A DNA stretch of 64,000 nt from Vermamoeba vermiformis (lineage: Eukaryota). The notes below the pieces were generated by a model. That model was not told the origin of the DNA. It was given only the letters and a program-made list of their open reading frames with translations, and ran no database searches. Location: positions 310,001 to 374,000 of the forward strand of contig JBEWZL010000272.1 in NCBI GenBank assembly GCA_045837725.1, written 5' to 3'. Made by a program: the position numbers and the translations under genes. Each line of letters begins with the position of its first letter. Within the stretch, counting starts at the first letter, position 1. This document shows positions 25,174 through 39,612 of this stretch, in pieces.

Positions 25174-28100
25174 TTACAACCAAGGCTGCCAAGAAATATC
25201 CATATTAGCCAAGTTAGCCTTGTTCGTAGCAGATTCGATCAGTTCGGTGATCTTCGCGTTAACAGGCGTAGTAGTCACGGGCTGTTCAGGGCGTACTGGC
25301 GGCATTAACTCGTCCAATCTCTCCAACACGGACTGAGTATTGCGACGAGTCAATTCATGAACGCTCAATTCAGTGAATCCCTTCGTGTTGACCAGATCAT
25401 GTGCCTCATCGCGGAACATCAAGTTGATCACATTGGCCAAGTTGTCTTTGCGATTCTTCTTGCCAATAGCGAGGGTGCACGCTGTCATTGCGCCGTTGAA
25501 GACACCGACAGTGTACATGCCATTGAAAAACTTTTGCACGTTCATGCCTAATCGGAACGGCACGGCCTCGTTGTTCGACAACAAACCTTTAGCATCGTAA
25601 TCTACACGCAAAAAAACATTAAAAAGACGCTCTTATACTAGTGATGGTATTGTACGTACTCGGCTTGAACTGTTGCAAGTGGACTTGCGCGCTCTCGGGC
25701 GTGAAAATAGTGCTTTGCGCGTGTCTGTTGGTGACAGCGAAGAGGTGCGACATGAGCGAGGACATGGCCCATTGCACAGAGAAGTGACGCTTGAACTCCC
25801 AGCACATCTCATAAGACTCGAGCATCTTATAATAAATATACTAATAACAAACGAATTAGACATTTGCACCAAGTTAAAAACACGAGTGAAACTTACGTCG
25901 CTGAAGATAGTGTCGGGAATGTAGTCCTTAGAGACCTCTTCAAAGGCTTGCAACTTGAGCTCTTGTAACTGTGCAGGGCTCATGAGCTTGGCGTTGGCAG
26001 CCATTCTCTTGCGAATGAACATGTACGGCGTGTCACTCTCCATGCCCTTCTTGTTGCAATAATCCTCGTACAAATCGTACAACGACTTGAAGAATCTCTC
26101 GCTCTGCAACAACAAACCGTCATTAATATCCAAAACTTAATTAAACCGATTCAGGCCAACTTACCACTGAGATCAATCGGGTGTTGTTGTTCAATTCAAC
26201 GATCTTAGGCACGTTCATATTGACGCTACGGTGTCTGCAGCCAATATCACGTTGCGTGACCTTAGTGATCTGTTGCAACAACTGAGCGAATCTCTGTTCA
26301 GACTTCGCGCCCATGTCGTAATCAGGACCAATTGTAGCTCGGTCAAGCGAGTGACCGGTATGGTGCACGAGGAAATGGTGCACATTGCCAACGTTGCTGC
26401 GAACAGACAACAAGCGGAGAGCAGCTGTCTTGCCCTTGAGGATCTTCATAGGTGTCAAGAACTTGTCAATGATGACACCACGTGGCTCAGCTGTCACGTC
26501 CTTTTCGTGCTGCAGAAACAAATTTAGAACTCACTCATTGTCACCACAAGGTACGTTTAAAACTTACGCCCAAGAATGCGCCAGGAAGTTCGAGGTGACT
26601 GTCATTTTGGAAGGACACCAAGAAGTGTGACACTTTCTCCAAGTGCTTCAATTGCTTGACACGACGTTCAGTAGCGAGACTCAACTTGTGGCACCAAGAC
26701 TTCAAGCGTTCGATCATTTGGTTGCTGTTGAACTTGCTAACCTCAACCAAGAGGTCGTTCTCAAACTCAGCCTTGTAGTCTTGCACGAATTGAGCAGTAG
26801 CTGTGGCACCGAAGAAGATTTGGTGAACTTTCTGCAATTGACCGACAATAGTAGGACGATCTTCTTGTAACTATAAAGAGCATTAGCAATACTCTCAATA
26901 TATATTTAGCTGTTAGAACTTACGTTGTAGCACTGATTCAAGATTTGTTTCAAGTGCCAAGTCATCTCTTCTTCGGGTAAAGGCATCAACTTCTCGCTGA
27001 TTTCAGTGGTGATTCGATCCAAGGTGCTAATTAAAGGTCCGTGCTTGGCCTTCATGGTGACCAAGATCTCTTCGGCGGCCTTAAGACCGTGCTGATTGGC
27101 CGGACTGAGCTTGGCCTTAGCACTCTTACGCTCAGTGATGTAAGTGTTGAGGGGCCAGAACACCGCTTGAGGATAGAACGTGCCAAGTCTGGTCAACAAC
27201 GCCTTCATGACAGCTGACTCGAGAGGTCGCTCGAGACCAGTCAAGAGCTGGTTGATCCAAGGCAACCACAACCACATGGGCATGGCGTTGAAGTGCTTCT
27301 CAAGGCTGTCAGCGAGCACTCCTTTAGCACCACTTGGTATGGCGGGCACAATAGCGCTGTTGCTGTTTTCATTGTTGACAACGTCAATGTCCATCTTGTC
27401 GTCGTCCTTGTCCTCGTCATCCTCGCCTTCAATTGGTTTGGCGCCACGAGCAGTTCTTGCACGCTTAGCTGGTGGCTTCTTAGGGTTAACCAATTCACGC
27501 TTGCGAGGATTCTTTTCGGAAGAAGTCTCGGTAGTGGGTTCTTCCTTAACAGCAGGATCTTTCTTCTCGCCATCAGCACCGTCAGTCTTCTTCTCTTCGG
27601 CCTCAGGCTCCTTCTTCTCAATCTCGCCAATCACAAGATCTGAAGGCGTGTCAAACTTGCCAACCTCCTCATCACCATCCAACAACCACAATACACGAGC
27701 CAAGTGCTTGCGAGACGGTGAGGCAGGGTTGCATTTGATGCCTTGCAAATAGCAGTTGACAGCGTATTGAGACCACAACATCTTTGTCTTGTTGTAGTTC
27801 GCATCTCCTTCCTTCGCAGAGGTCAAGTGCGAAGTCAACATGCTGTCACAGAACTTGGCCCAAGCAATCCAACCCTTCGAGAGGTTCTCGTGCAAAGCAA
27901 TAGAGGTTGAGAATGCAGCATTGCTTTCTTCGAAGAATCCCATGCGAGCTAAGAACATGCCCTTGAGCTGGAAGAACTCAGCTTTTTGTTGAGGGTTGAA
28001 CCAATCGATGTTAGTCGTGTTGAGCAAGTCCAAGCCAGATCTGTAGAGCTCAGGTTGGTTGAGGTAGCACTTGGTCTGCTCGCGTGTCTTGACAATGGCT

Positions 28101-31100
28101 TCTTGCACGTCAATGTTGGGCAGTGAGTAGATCTTAGTCAACAAGCTCAAGCACAACTCGGGTAAACCTTGACGGCGAGCAACACGAGCAAAGCGAGCGA
28201 TGGACCAGGCCATCTCGTGGTAACCGATCAAAGTGAGGTTAGGTGCTTGAGGATCAGCCTGACAGGCAGCATTGATCGTAGCATAGGTCTGTTGACGCCA
28301 CTGGAACAAATCAGCCCACAAACCAATGTCATCAAATTCGTTGGGCAATCGTTCACGCCAAGCTCTCAGAGTGACCTTGATGTCTTGTTGCTTTTGAATG
28401 CGATTCGGTGAACGAATTTCACGCAACAATTTGGCAGCCTCGTAGAGTTCAACGATTTGTTGGAATGTCTAGTAACGAATCAGCTCGTCTTCTACTTATT
28501 ATAGGCGTCATTAGTACTTACGTGCAACAAAGGTACGTGAGGCAAGCTCGGAGTCTTTGGCAAGCCGTTCCAAAGAGTGACGAGCACGCGCATGGCGTTC
28601 TTGCAAAGTTGATCGACATCCACGATTCTGTTCTCGTACAACGCCAAGAAACTTTGAATAATCTTGATACGAGGAGCATCAACGTTGAACGAGAACTTGC
28701 TGAATGCTTCCTTCAAGAGTGGCCAGTCTTGCACACGCCACGAAGATTCAACTTGAAGTTCACCCAAGTTGTTCGTGCGAGCGTATTCGGTCAGCACCTC
28801 CCACTGACTCAACTTCTTGGCGCTTTCAATCCATTGTTCTTCCCACAAGTTCATCTCCCAGTTGCTCACAGACTGAGTTTCCTTGCGCTGTTCCGACAAC
28901 AAGGCCTGGTAGAACAACTCTTGGCCACGTTGCCAGAAGTTGTGCTTTTGAAGGACCAAACCAGCTCGGGAAATATCAGTTGTAGCGCTCTGGTAGAGAA
29001 GACCGTAGTACAAGTCTTCTTCGAGAAGAGTCTTGTAGATCTCGCTCAAGTGCGAGATACACTTGTCTTGCTCGTCAATGGACGTAACAGCTCCCTTCAT
29101 GAGCTTTTCTTCGAGCACTTTAATAGCCATGTGCCATCCATTGAAATGTTTGCCCAAGAAGGCAACAAGCTCTGACGGAATCTCGATGCGAGGACTCTTG
29201 CACTTCAAGAATGCACGCATCAAAGCTTGCACAACGTTCGGTTGAACTCGTTGCTGCTTCATATGGTAGTCCTTAGACAAGAGCGTTACGATGGTAGACT
29301 TCAGGCGCTCCTTGTCTGCCATTTCTAGTTGGTTGTCCCAGATCAGAGGGAACAACGTTGACCACATGAAGATTGACAGCTCGGCGTCTTGGTGCACGAG
29401 TTCTCTGAACGGTTCCAACAAGACTCCCAGTTTCTGTGAACGGCAACCACTGAGGAACTCTTCGTGCTTGCTGACTAATTCTTTTGCTTCAGGAGTGAGG
29501 TTCAAACTGCCAGTGTTCATTGAGGGCACCTTGGCTGAAATGTACGACATTTTGAGCGGGAAATCAGTGTCGATGGTGGCGAGAATGATGTCAACGGCCA
29601 AACCAATCCAGAAGAATGAAGGCAATGGCTCCCAAGTTGTTGGATTCAATACGTATTCCACACGCTTGAGAACATCACGCTCGACCTTCTTGTTGAACAA
29701 ATCGAAGAACTTGGCACGAACAACAGGATCACGAGAGACCATGCCAGACATGAGAGTGCCTTCGAGTACTTGGAAGTCAACACGTGGCACAGGCTCCGAG
29801 TAGACAAAGTGAACAATATCCATGAAAAGGTTCTGCAAAGCCGCACTACGAACACGTTCAAATCGCTTCATGCGAAGAACAAACTGTGTGCGGTCTTGTT
29901 GAGTAAGAGAGGACGAAGGAGACATTATCCAGTCCTTCACGATCAATCCTGTTTCAACGAGCAAAGTTTCCTGGAAAAGTTTTGTTAGAACGAAGGTTTG
30001 CATAAAATATTCAATACTTACGTCAAGAGTCTTATCAATCAACAAGTACACTGCGTGCAGTAAGTTTCTCTTGAGGTCAGGGAGTAATGCAGGGTTGTCA
30101 ATTTGTGAAGCACACAACTGCAAGCTGCGCAACAAAGGTACGTGATCACGCTTGGCTTGCTGTTGAGGAACGCTGCCGCGCTTAGCTTGAGCACCAGGAG
30201 GTTGACCAGGCGTCGGTGAAACTGCACCTGGGACAGCTTCTTGTACCGGTGCGAAGTGCTCTTTGGCCAATCGCATCATCATCTTTATCAGATGAGGCAA
30301 GTAAGGCGAAAGAATTTCGGTGGCATTCGATGGTTCCACGATCGTTTTGAACAAGTACAGTAAGTTGAAGACGTTGTGCTTGTCAGCATTGACACCAGAC
30401 TCCAACAACTCTCCAATGCGCTTGAAGATCGCTTCCAAGGTGGAACGGATGCTCGTTGAGTACTCAGAAATGATCTTCTTGAGCACGGGTGCAAGAGCCT
30501 CAGTGATCTTCATGTTGTCAGAAGAGACAGCTGGCAACAAGCTCGTTTGCAAGGCACCAATGTTAGTCGCCAAGAATGACTTTTGTTGGAAGGTCAAAAT
30601 GACGTTCAAAATGTTCAACGAGGTGATCACGTAGTGCGGTTGATCAGCAGTGGGTGACAACAACTTCTCGAAGAACGCGAACTTGATGTTGACTGTAGGC
30701 CACAAAGCCAATGCCTCACGCAACAAGTCAAGTGCATAAGAAGCAACTTGAGCAGAAGTAGGGTCCTTAGGATCAGGTGTGGCAGCCATACGAGTGATGA
30801 AGTTAACGACCATTTCGATAGTCGTAGCTGGAGGCACGTAAGGAGGTTGAGGGGTGCTTGGAGTAGAGCCGTCAGGGTTCGGAGTAGTTTCTTGCGAGTC
30901 TTGCGCACCGCTTTCGTCAACAGCCATTGGTGTTGGCTCCTGCTTGACATCCGAAGTGGGTGCTTCAGTCGAGTTCTTGGCTTCTTCAATACGTTTCTTC
31001 TCCCAGTTAATGATCAACTCGACCAAGTTGCAAGCAAGCTTCTTGTTCTCAGGAGCTGAGTTCGGCAACAAACCAATGCGAGCCAAAGAGTTGCTGATGT

Positions 31101-34100
31101 GTTGCACGAAGTGGCCACGATACTTGTAAAAGATGTCGGAGTGTCTGACAATCAGTTGAAGCACGTGGATGAGAAGAGGCAAGGAGTGGCCGTCTTCGAT
31201 GATGACTTTACGAGTCCATTTGATCCAGTGCGGTGGATCTTGTGGAGCGAACTTCTTAAAAAGTGTGGGTGTCATAATGTCGAGTGCTTCGCGCACCAAT
31301 TGCTTGGCTTCAGGTTGATAAGACTTGAGCAAAGCCACGTAGACTTGCAAAATAATCTTGTCGGGAGTCTCGTAAACTTCGATAAATCTGCAAATCAACA
31401 AGTACGCAGACTGCTTGGCCGTGATATCTTCGTTCTTGAAGTGACTCCAAGCGAATCGAATGATTTCTTTTTTGTGAGTCTGAGGATCAAAATCGTAGCC
31501 CTTGAAATGCACGATCAACGCGGTCAATTGCAAGAACTCGATTTGCATTGATTGTGTGTATGCAGGGCTTTGCTTGCCAATAATGTCCGTGATGAAGCGA
31601 TGCATGAACTAATAAATGAAATTAGTATTAGCCTTAATATCGTCAATAAACTAAACGTACGTCTTTTTCTACGATCTCTTCCTTTCTGTTCAAGCACTTG
31701 TCGATCATTGGTGTCAAGAACACTTGCAAAGTTTGAACGCGGTGTTCATTGGAGTATTGAGGAGAGTGGAAGAACGTTAAGAAGTGGTTAACAATATTTT
31801 TCTTGCGTTCAACCGAGAACTTGTCAGGCAGCTCGTTTTGGTAAAAGTCGCGCAAGAAGTTAAAGTCCACGATTGTCTTTGTCGTGAAGATCGACAAGAG
31901 ATCAAATATCAATGCAACCTCGTCTTGATTCACACGGAAGTAAGCCAAGAAAATCTTGACGAGAATCTTTGACTCCTTCATGTGATGAGAAGGCATGCTT
32001 TCTTCGCGCAAGATTCGTTCCTCTCGCTGTCAGTACGTCAGTAAACGAACAGATCCAAAGTAATACGCTTGACTTACGGCAGGATTGCGCCACATTTGCA
32101 CCAAAGCATTGATGAGTTCTTGGTTATTGAGCCACTCAGGGACGAACTTGATCAACACACGAACCAACAGTAATGCTTGGAACTGCACTTCGTAGTTCGA
32201 TTGATCGTTCAAGTACGTAACAATACGACTGACATTCCTATAAAAGTGTTAAAAATAAATTCTAATTTTTATAGGGCTGAGTAAAACTTACTTTGCGAGT
32301 TCTTCGCGCAAAGGACCAGCAATGCTAGAGCGCAAGATGCCACGGAACAACTTGATCATATCTTCCTTGTCGATATTGCTAAGGAAGTAATTAACGCTGT
32401 CAGTTGCGTATCTGTTCAAGAATTTGATGAGTGGTGGACGGTAAGGGCTGTTCAATTCTCGTGAAGTGTTGTCGTGAGGCATAGAGCTCTCCATTCGCAA
32501 CACGAGGTTGATCAATTCCACCAAGAATCGAATGGCCGGCGTTGGCAACAAATGATAGACCTCTAAACAAGCAACGGCCATTTGAACTTCTTCACCAGGA
32601 GGCCAAGCTCGTTGTGAAGGAGGTGCCTTTTGTGACTCGATCCATTTGTTCATGTGCTCGATGATTTTATCTGCAGGAATACACCGTTAGATTTCTTACG
32701 AATTAAACGAAAAATAGTAAATTATTAAAACACTTTCATACTAATGAGTAATTGTCAATCAGCATCATATCATCGTGATATTGGATAATCATTCGGTTAA
32801 ATTTAAGGTAAACTTGCAACCTCTGGTACTTACCACCAATAGCAATGTTGAAGTACTTCGAATGGGTCTCGAGCAAGCAGGCCAGACCAAGCAACAAAGA
32901 CAAGCTCAACGTGTGCCACTGTCCAAACTTCAGCAAAACAGGACGCAAAGATTCGCTCAAAGCGTTCTTAGGCAAGTTATCGCCAATGTTCAGTGTCTGC
33001 TCCATCGCTCTCTTGGCAGCTTTGCGGAGCAACTCATTGCGAACAATAATGGTCTTCGTGATGACTGAGAACAGCTTATGACGCATTTCAGCTTTCTAAT
33101 ACGAGCAGTAAGTTAGTTAAGAGTGTAATGTCAGAGTATAATAGTAACACTTACGATCTCCTCGGAAGCAGCTGAAGCAGCGAATACCTCCAAAGCAGCG
33201 ACCTTAAACTCGACCAATTGAGACAGACGTTGAGCACCAGCTCCAGGGATAGAGGTAGTAACACCTTCCATATGAACTGTTGGTGAGTTGGTGACACGTG
33301 CTTGATTGTCGTCTTCGGTGTCAGACAAAACTAACACTTCTTCAATGAGTTCGAGAAGCTCATTTGACAAGCGCAACAAAGGTGGACGAAGTTGCAAGCA
33401 GAAAGCAAGGGTCTCTAAGATGGCTGTTTGCTTGGCAATTGGATGAGTCTTCAACGGGAACTCGAAGACAGGTTTGCGAATGTGCTGTTCAGTGAACGGT
33501 TCCAACAACTCCGACACTTCATCGCCGGTGATTTCAGCGAGTGCTCGCAAAGCAGACTGAACAGCAGTACGAACTGCCTTTGTAGTGTTCAATAAGTTGG
33601 CTGCCAAGAAGGACACAACTTCGCGCAAGACCTCTTCTTGTTCTACGCTAGCATTGCGTGCATTGCAACTGCTGATAACATTGGCGAAAGTCTGCGAAGC
33701 GTCTTCGAGGGTAGACAGTGATACTGCGTGAGGGATGTCTTGAAGGGTCTGCAAAAGTCCTTTCAAGAACGGCAATTGGTGCGTGCGAGTCCACTCGATG
33801 GGCATCAATGACACTAAGTGAGATATGCCCAAGCAGCCACCAGCCTTGAAGTACCACTCCTTATGGAAGCAGCAAGCATAGAAGCGTAAAGCTAACTCTT
33901 CAAAGACGGGCAACGAGGCAGCCTTGACCTTATCTCCGTAGAACTTCTGTGCGACAGAGAAGAGGATGTCAATTGCCTTTTGAGCTGCCTTTGCGTGAGA
34001 TCTGTTCTCAGATGTGATTACATCCAACAAAGCTTCAGTGAAGATCATCGGATCCAGCTCCTACAACACAGTTAGCAGCCTGCTACCAAATTATATCAGT

Positions 34101-37100
34101 GTTATTACGTACGTTTAACTTTGCAGTAGAAGGTTGTTTCTTGGTAGCAAATAGAATGGCGAAGTGAGTGCAAATGTCCTCGAAGAATGCCGTGGGATTC
34201 TCTTTCGTCAAATCGTCGAAAGTTGACGCGGTGAACAAGCAGCTCAAAACGACCTTGAGAGTGTTTGACTCGGAGCGAAGCATCTTCTTGGTCTTGATGA
34301 TCTTGTTCTGCTTGCCGTCAATGAACTCGACCTTGATGGGGTAGTTCAACTGAGCAATTTCTTCGTCGGTCAACAAGCTCAATCCTTCGATGGGCTTCGA
34401 GTCCAAAAGTGCAGACAAACAAGACTTGAAGAACTTGAAACCGTATTGTTTGCGCAAAGGTGTCAAGGGAGAGCTTGGAGGTGAAGTCAACAACAGTCTG
34501 CGAGCAGCATAAATGGCCTCTTTCAGACCAATTTCTTCGGTTCTTCCTTGGTCGAATGGGATCACTAAGGAAATGCCGTTGTCCACAAAACGGGTAGTTT
34601 TCTAAGTATTAATTAGTAACTGTCTCAATAACTAGTGCCATCAACTTACGATTTGAGGAGGCAAGCCGAAGTAATCTCTGTCACGGCCAGCCATTTTACC
34701 GAGAATTCTCAGCACTTGAGGTGCGTATGAGTAATAGGGCAACTTCAAGTGACGCCACAAAGCCTTCATCAATCGCGGCTTGATGTCAGCCATGATGGGC
34801 TCGAAGAAGTCAATGGACAGCTTGTCCACGCACAACTCGAGCAAGCGCAAGCCTTGCATCACGATCTCGCTGCCGGACTCGATTGAGAGCAACAAAGGCT
34901 TCATCAAGAGTCTCAAGTTGGGCAAGAGGGCAGACAGACGCACTGGCACCGTCAAACTCAATTCAACGAACAGCTCACGCATTTGTTGACTGTATGAGCT
35001 GTCGTGCAATTGGTTGAGTGTTTCCAACAAACCTAAGGAGCCATTAGCATCAGCTTTATAGTACTTGGCACGAATCTACTTACCAGGCAACAAGGGCGAG
35101 AACTCACGAGTAAACATATCGATCTTCACACTGGCCACGCTCTTAAACAAGTAGCGCAAGAGTTGGAAGTAGTTACCGGCACTCTCTGTGTCTCTGCACT
35201 CGCTGGCATGCTGCAAGCATTGCACAACAATTGTTGCCAAGTGCGGTTGCAAAATGGATTCGATCTCGTTAGAGGGTTGTTGCAAGACAGAGAAGGTAAG
35301 CTTGAATAAGCGCAACAAGATATAGTTCTTGTCGGTTGCAATGTCCCTAAAGTGACACGTTAATGTAAGTCCTCACTGAAGCAGATGTGGTACTACGTAC
35401 TTCAAGCGATTCATCAAGAAACTGACGAGGGTTTCCGCGAAGAATCTATGAGAGTGCGGGCTAGTAATAAACAGCTGTGCAGTATACAGCAACATCTGAT
35501 TTTCGGAAATGCTATTGAAGTAAAAGTCCATGTTGTTCGACATGACCTCTTGGAAGATTCGGGGATCAGGTGAGGTGAAGAGGGCAAAGTAGGCCTCAAA
35601 AAGCTGAATGAATACGTTAGTTTAAGTATAAACCGCATTTGGTAATAAGTTTCATACCTCTTTTTCTTCAGCTTGGCTCAGACTAGGCGGCACAGTGAAG
35701 ATATTCATGCATCTGGTAATGTTCTTGAAGAGTTTGGTAAAGATAGTAGCTTCTTCAACCAACTGGGCCTTGGACAAGGGACCAGCGGGCACTAACGAGG
35801 GAGGTTGCTGTTGACCTTGATTGAGAGGCACAAACTGACTTTGAGTCATGGCGGAGATCACGTTACGCGTGCCCAAGATCAAAGTGCGAATCAAAGTTCG
35901 GCATTCTAAGTAACGAGTTAGCACAATAGGTCTTGCAGTAAACAAGGCACAGTAATCGTTCTTACCTCGATAAGTTTCTGGCAAGTTGAGCGCATCCAAG
36001 TTTTGCGCGGTCGCAACGGTCGGTGTTGGTGATTGTGCCATAGTGAAGGACTGAGCCAATGAAGGAGGCTTCGGAATATTAGGCATCTGCACACTCGATG
36101 TGAGACTGATAGGAGCCAAGCCACTCTCAGCAGCTGGAGTAGCGGCAGCTTTATCTTTTTCAGCAGATGCGCTCGATGCGTTCTTAGCGTTCTCTTTCTC
36201 AACCTTCTCTTTGACTTCTTCGATGAATTTTGGCACCTCTTTTTTGAAGCTAGCAAACTTGCTTGCAAAAGTATCGAGGATCTTTGTGAGAAGCACTCTG
36301 CTGTTTACTTCACCAACGTTCGGATTCGCTCTACTGATGCACTCGAGCAAGTTCAAAATGAGCTTGACGGACATAGTCTGAATAGAGTATGGCAACGTTA
36401 GGTCATGAAGATTGCGTGAGTACAAGTGTGCGATGTGCGACAACTGCTCAAAGCTGAGTTGCTGGCGAACGTGGTGCACGAGATCAGCCAACATGCTGTA
36501 GGCAAGTGGACTAATGTTACGAGTTAGAAAATATATTGTTGATATGCTTTAAGGATAATTGTATTCAAATTCAAAGGCTGAGCTGAGATCTGGTTGGAGT
36601 TTAGATGCATCTACTTACCGCAAAGTCTCGTAGCAGGTTCTGCCGTTACCAATGAGCACTTGTTCATCAATAAGTGTGTCGATATGTGGCACGAATCCTT
36701 TTCTGAATTCAGTGGCGAGTATGTGACGAGTAGCGATCAGCAGTTCACGACGAGTAGATGCGAGTTCTGGCGGGCAGTTACGCAGCAATTGAATGACGCT
36801 ACGAGGTACTTGTTCTTCATAATTACGGAAAGACTCAGCGAAGCTTCGTAGCATATAAGCCAAGAAAGACAAGGTCTGCAAGGTCACGGTTAGATCGAGC
36901 AAGCACGCCGAGAGAATTCTTTAATTTCAGATAAAATTGGTATAATTACCTTCACTTGGGCGGCAATAAAGTCTGTATAGTGTGCACGGTGAGTATTGTA
37001 AGCGTCTGGAGGTGCTTGAAGTGCCAAAGTCTGCACGATCAGCGGCAAAAATTTTGGCAAGTTCGGAGGCAGCAAGCGACTGTAGAGTTGGAGTAATAGT

Positions 37101-37972
37101 ACAACGATAATAGGGCACTCTGTTAGCACCTTGAAAGAGCTCATGGCTCTGATCAAAGGTTGCGATCCCTTGTTCGCTTTCTCGTCGAACATGGGATCCT
37201 TGCCTGAGAGTAATACGTTTAACTTTAAGCTCAAAAATACGTTGATATAATGACTTACCAGGAATAGGCTCGGCAACCTTTGCCGGTGTTTCGCTGAAGA
37301 TCTTGTTGACCGTGCTAGGCAGCTGTTCATAGATCTTGATCACAATGTCAAAGAAAGGCTGTACGTCTTGTTCTAATGTAGGTCTATAGTTCTTGTGTAA
37401 ATCGATGATAATTCTTAAGCAGATCAGTGCATTCTCTTCGTTCTCGCTCGAGAGCAAATACATGACGACTTTAAGCAAGGGTTTGACGACAGCTCTGAAG
37501 ACATCGTTGTTCGGCAATCTATTAAGAATTTCCAATATCATATTACGGAGCTTTTGTTCGGGATTGTCTGCTATGAACTGAGGCTTTGTTTCCTTCAAGA
37601 TGCCGAAAAACACGGGCAAAACTGTTTTCAAAAATTTTTCGTAGTCACTATTTGATGGATGTGCTGTTTCAATATTGTCTCGTAATTCCGTTGTCATACG
37701 GATTTGCTTTCCAATGTCTACCATAAAAAAATTAATATCTCGGCGCCAAAAATAAGTAATAATCAACAAACAGCACTACGTCAATAAATTATTCCAAATT
37801 ATATTTTTTATAGCATTAAAATATAATATTATTGGCGTGTTGGTCGATTCTTACCACCGGCTTTGCCTGCATTGCCAAGCTCGTTGATCCAGACATCATA
37901 CTGATGGCTCAACAACAGCTTTAGGAAGCTTTCTTCCTTCGGCTTTTGTTGTGGTTGTTCAGGTGTTGCCAT
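25174..37972 (-). CDS. TRRAP: TRRAP/Tra1 PIKK pseudokinase (SAGA/NuA4 scaffold)
   Basis: LEILNRLP, ENEENALICLRIIIDLHKNYRP, SFKVLTECPIIVVLL, ELSLTVPVRLSALLP, FAT region WRERLPNEFDD..W, EAVPFRL and C-terminal DISWQPWL. About 22 introns, all read as GT-AG. Confidence 0.97.
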
Positions 37973-38153
37973 CTTGGGCGACAAAGTTGTTGAAAGAACA
38001 GCCAGGCTGACCGTTTTTTTTTGCTCGTAGAAAACTGGGAGAAAACTGGATTTAACCTGCGCCCCCGGTAAAAACCTAGCACCCAAAGTGAGGGGACCAA
38101 TGCACTTTACGGTGCAGCCTTCCTTTTTTCATTCATCCGGCACGATAGTAACA

Positions 38154-39443
38154 ATGCAGCGATTTAGTTTATTTATATTTATTCTGGCTGCCGTAGTTGT
38201 TGCATCTAATGCAGAATCTCTTTGCCAGCGACTGGCTGCAGGATCTGGTTCACAAAGAGCGTTTATGCAACAGCTTCTTGGGTTGTCTTTTACGATCATT
38301 ACAAATGATAACTCCCTTGCACCGTTTTTCGACGGCACTGCGCTCGATCGAAGTGGTAAAAACGTGACCAATTATATTGGCAATAGTACCCTGTATCAAC
38401 AACTTATTGACTCACACGTTAAATACTTCGGAAAGTAAGTTGATGGTCCGATTGATTTTTAATTAAATATTTTCGAATCTGCGATCTAACGCAGCTCCCT
38501 TAGGCTTTTTAACTGCACTGATTCGAGCATCCCTAAATATGATGGTCCTAGTATGGAAGCAGCCCACGCTAACCTGAAAATCAGTTCTATCTTATTCGAG
38601 CACTATCAGGTTCTATCAATGGATGTCTTGCCGATCGCTGCGCTTGGCAAAGTAACCACCGCAATAGAAATCGAAGTATCTGAATTATACGAGAAACACC
38701 GAGGAATTGTTGCTGATGATCAAATCTGCAACGAAGACGACTGTAAGCTTGCTACTTTGACTCTGGACGATTGGGAGAACCTCTACCCTATGTTCTTGAA
38801 TATGGAGCAACAACAAAATGTGACAATCGTGAACCAATACATGCAGGCTATCAATTTTACTTTGTTGAACATTACCGCTGATGGATCGTGCTCCCCAATG
38901 GGTCCTATTATTACTGTTGCTGCTGGCTCAAGCGTCACCACTAGCTCACTTGGAGAGCTGTCAGCTGGTGACTATTACTTTGGCAAGTGGCCTGCAAACT
39001 GCATGCTGCACAGTGCCTCCGTTAGTCCTATGATTACGAAGATCCATGTTCGTTCCTCTGCGGCAGCTCCAGTCGAGGCACCCGTCGAACCGCCCGTGGA
39101 ACCACCTGTGAATCCTCCAGTTAAAGCACCCGTGCAACCTCCTGTCAAATCACCTCAACAGCCACCAACAAGCCCTCCAGTTAAATCGCCTCCCCATGCA
39201 CCGGCAGCACCCATTAGTCCTCCAGTCGAGACACCAATGTCTTTTGGTCCATCTTCGGCTCCAGTCAGCGATCCCGCCTCACAACCTATTGCTGCTCCTG
39301 AGAGCCACGATAACAACGAACACGATTTGACGCCCGTCGTCATTGTCCTCAGCATTGCCGTTGCTGTTTTGTTAGGCGTGGTGATCTTCTTAGTATACAA
39401 ATTGAAGAAGAAAGAGCCTCATTACGAGATCATCAACGACTAA
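38154..39443 (+). CDS. Type I membrane protein: signal peptide, truncated (2/2) globin, cupredoxin-like domain, Pro-rich stalk, TM helix
   Basis: NDNSLAPFF...LIDSHVKYF...YDGPSMEAAHANLKIS..LF matches group I truncated haemoglobins; GDYYF...CMLH..PM..KIHV; TM VVIVLSIAVAVLLGVVIFLV; one intron. Confidence 0.75.
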
Positions 39444-39612
39444 CCAGTTTTGTTTTAATTTTTGCGAATTATATAAATACGCACAATGTATGATTTTAAA
39501 TGTATCTTTATAGTGATAATAATGTGGCACATTAAATAAGAACAAAAGTATTTACATCGCGAGTTCGCTTTGGATCCGATCGGTTATTATTTGCTGAATT
39601 CTATTCTCTTTT

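Noticed and set aside
27180-31551. Many plus-strand ORFs of 60-255 aa within TRRAP
   Set aside because: Antisense open frames expected from the strong codon bias of TRRAP; no recognisable motifs.
39066-39300. Repetitive APVE/PPV sequence
   Set aside because: Ordinary Pro-rich linker coding sequence, not a separate repeat element.
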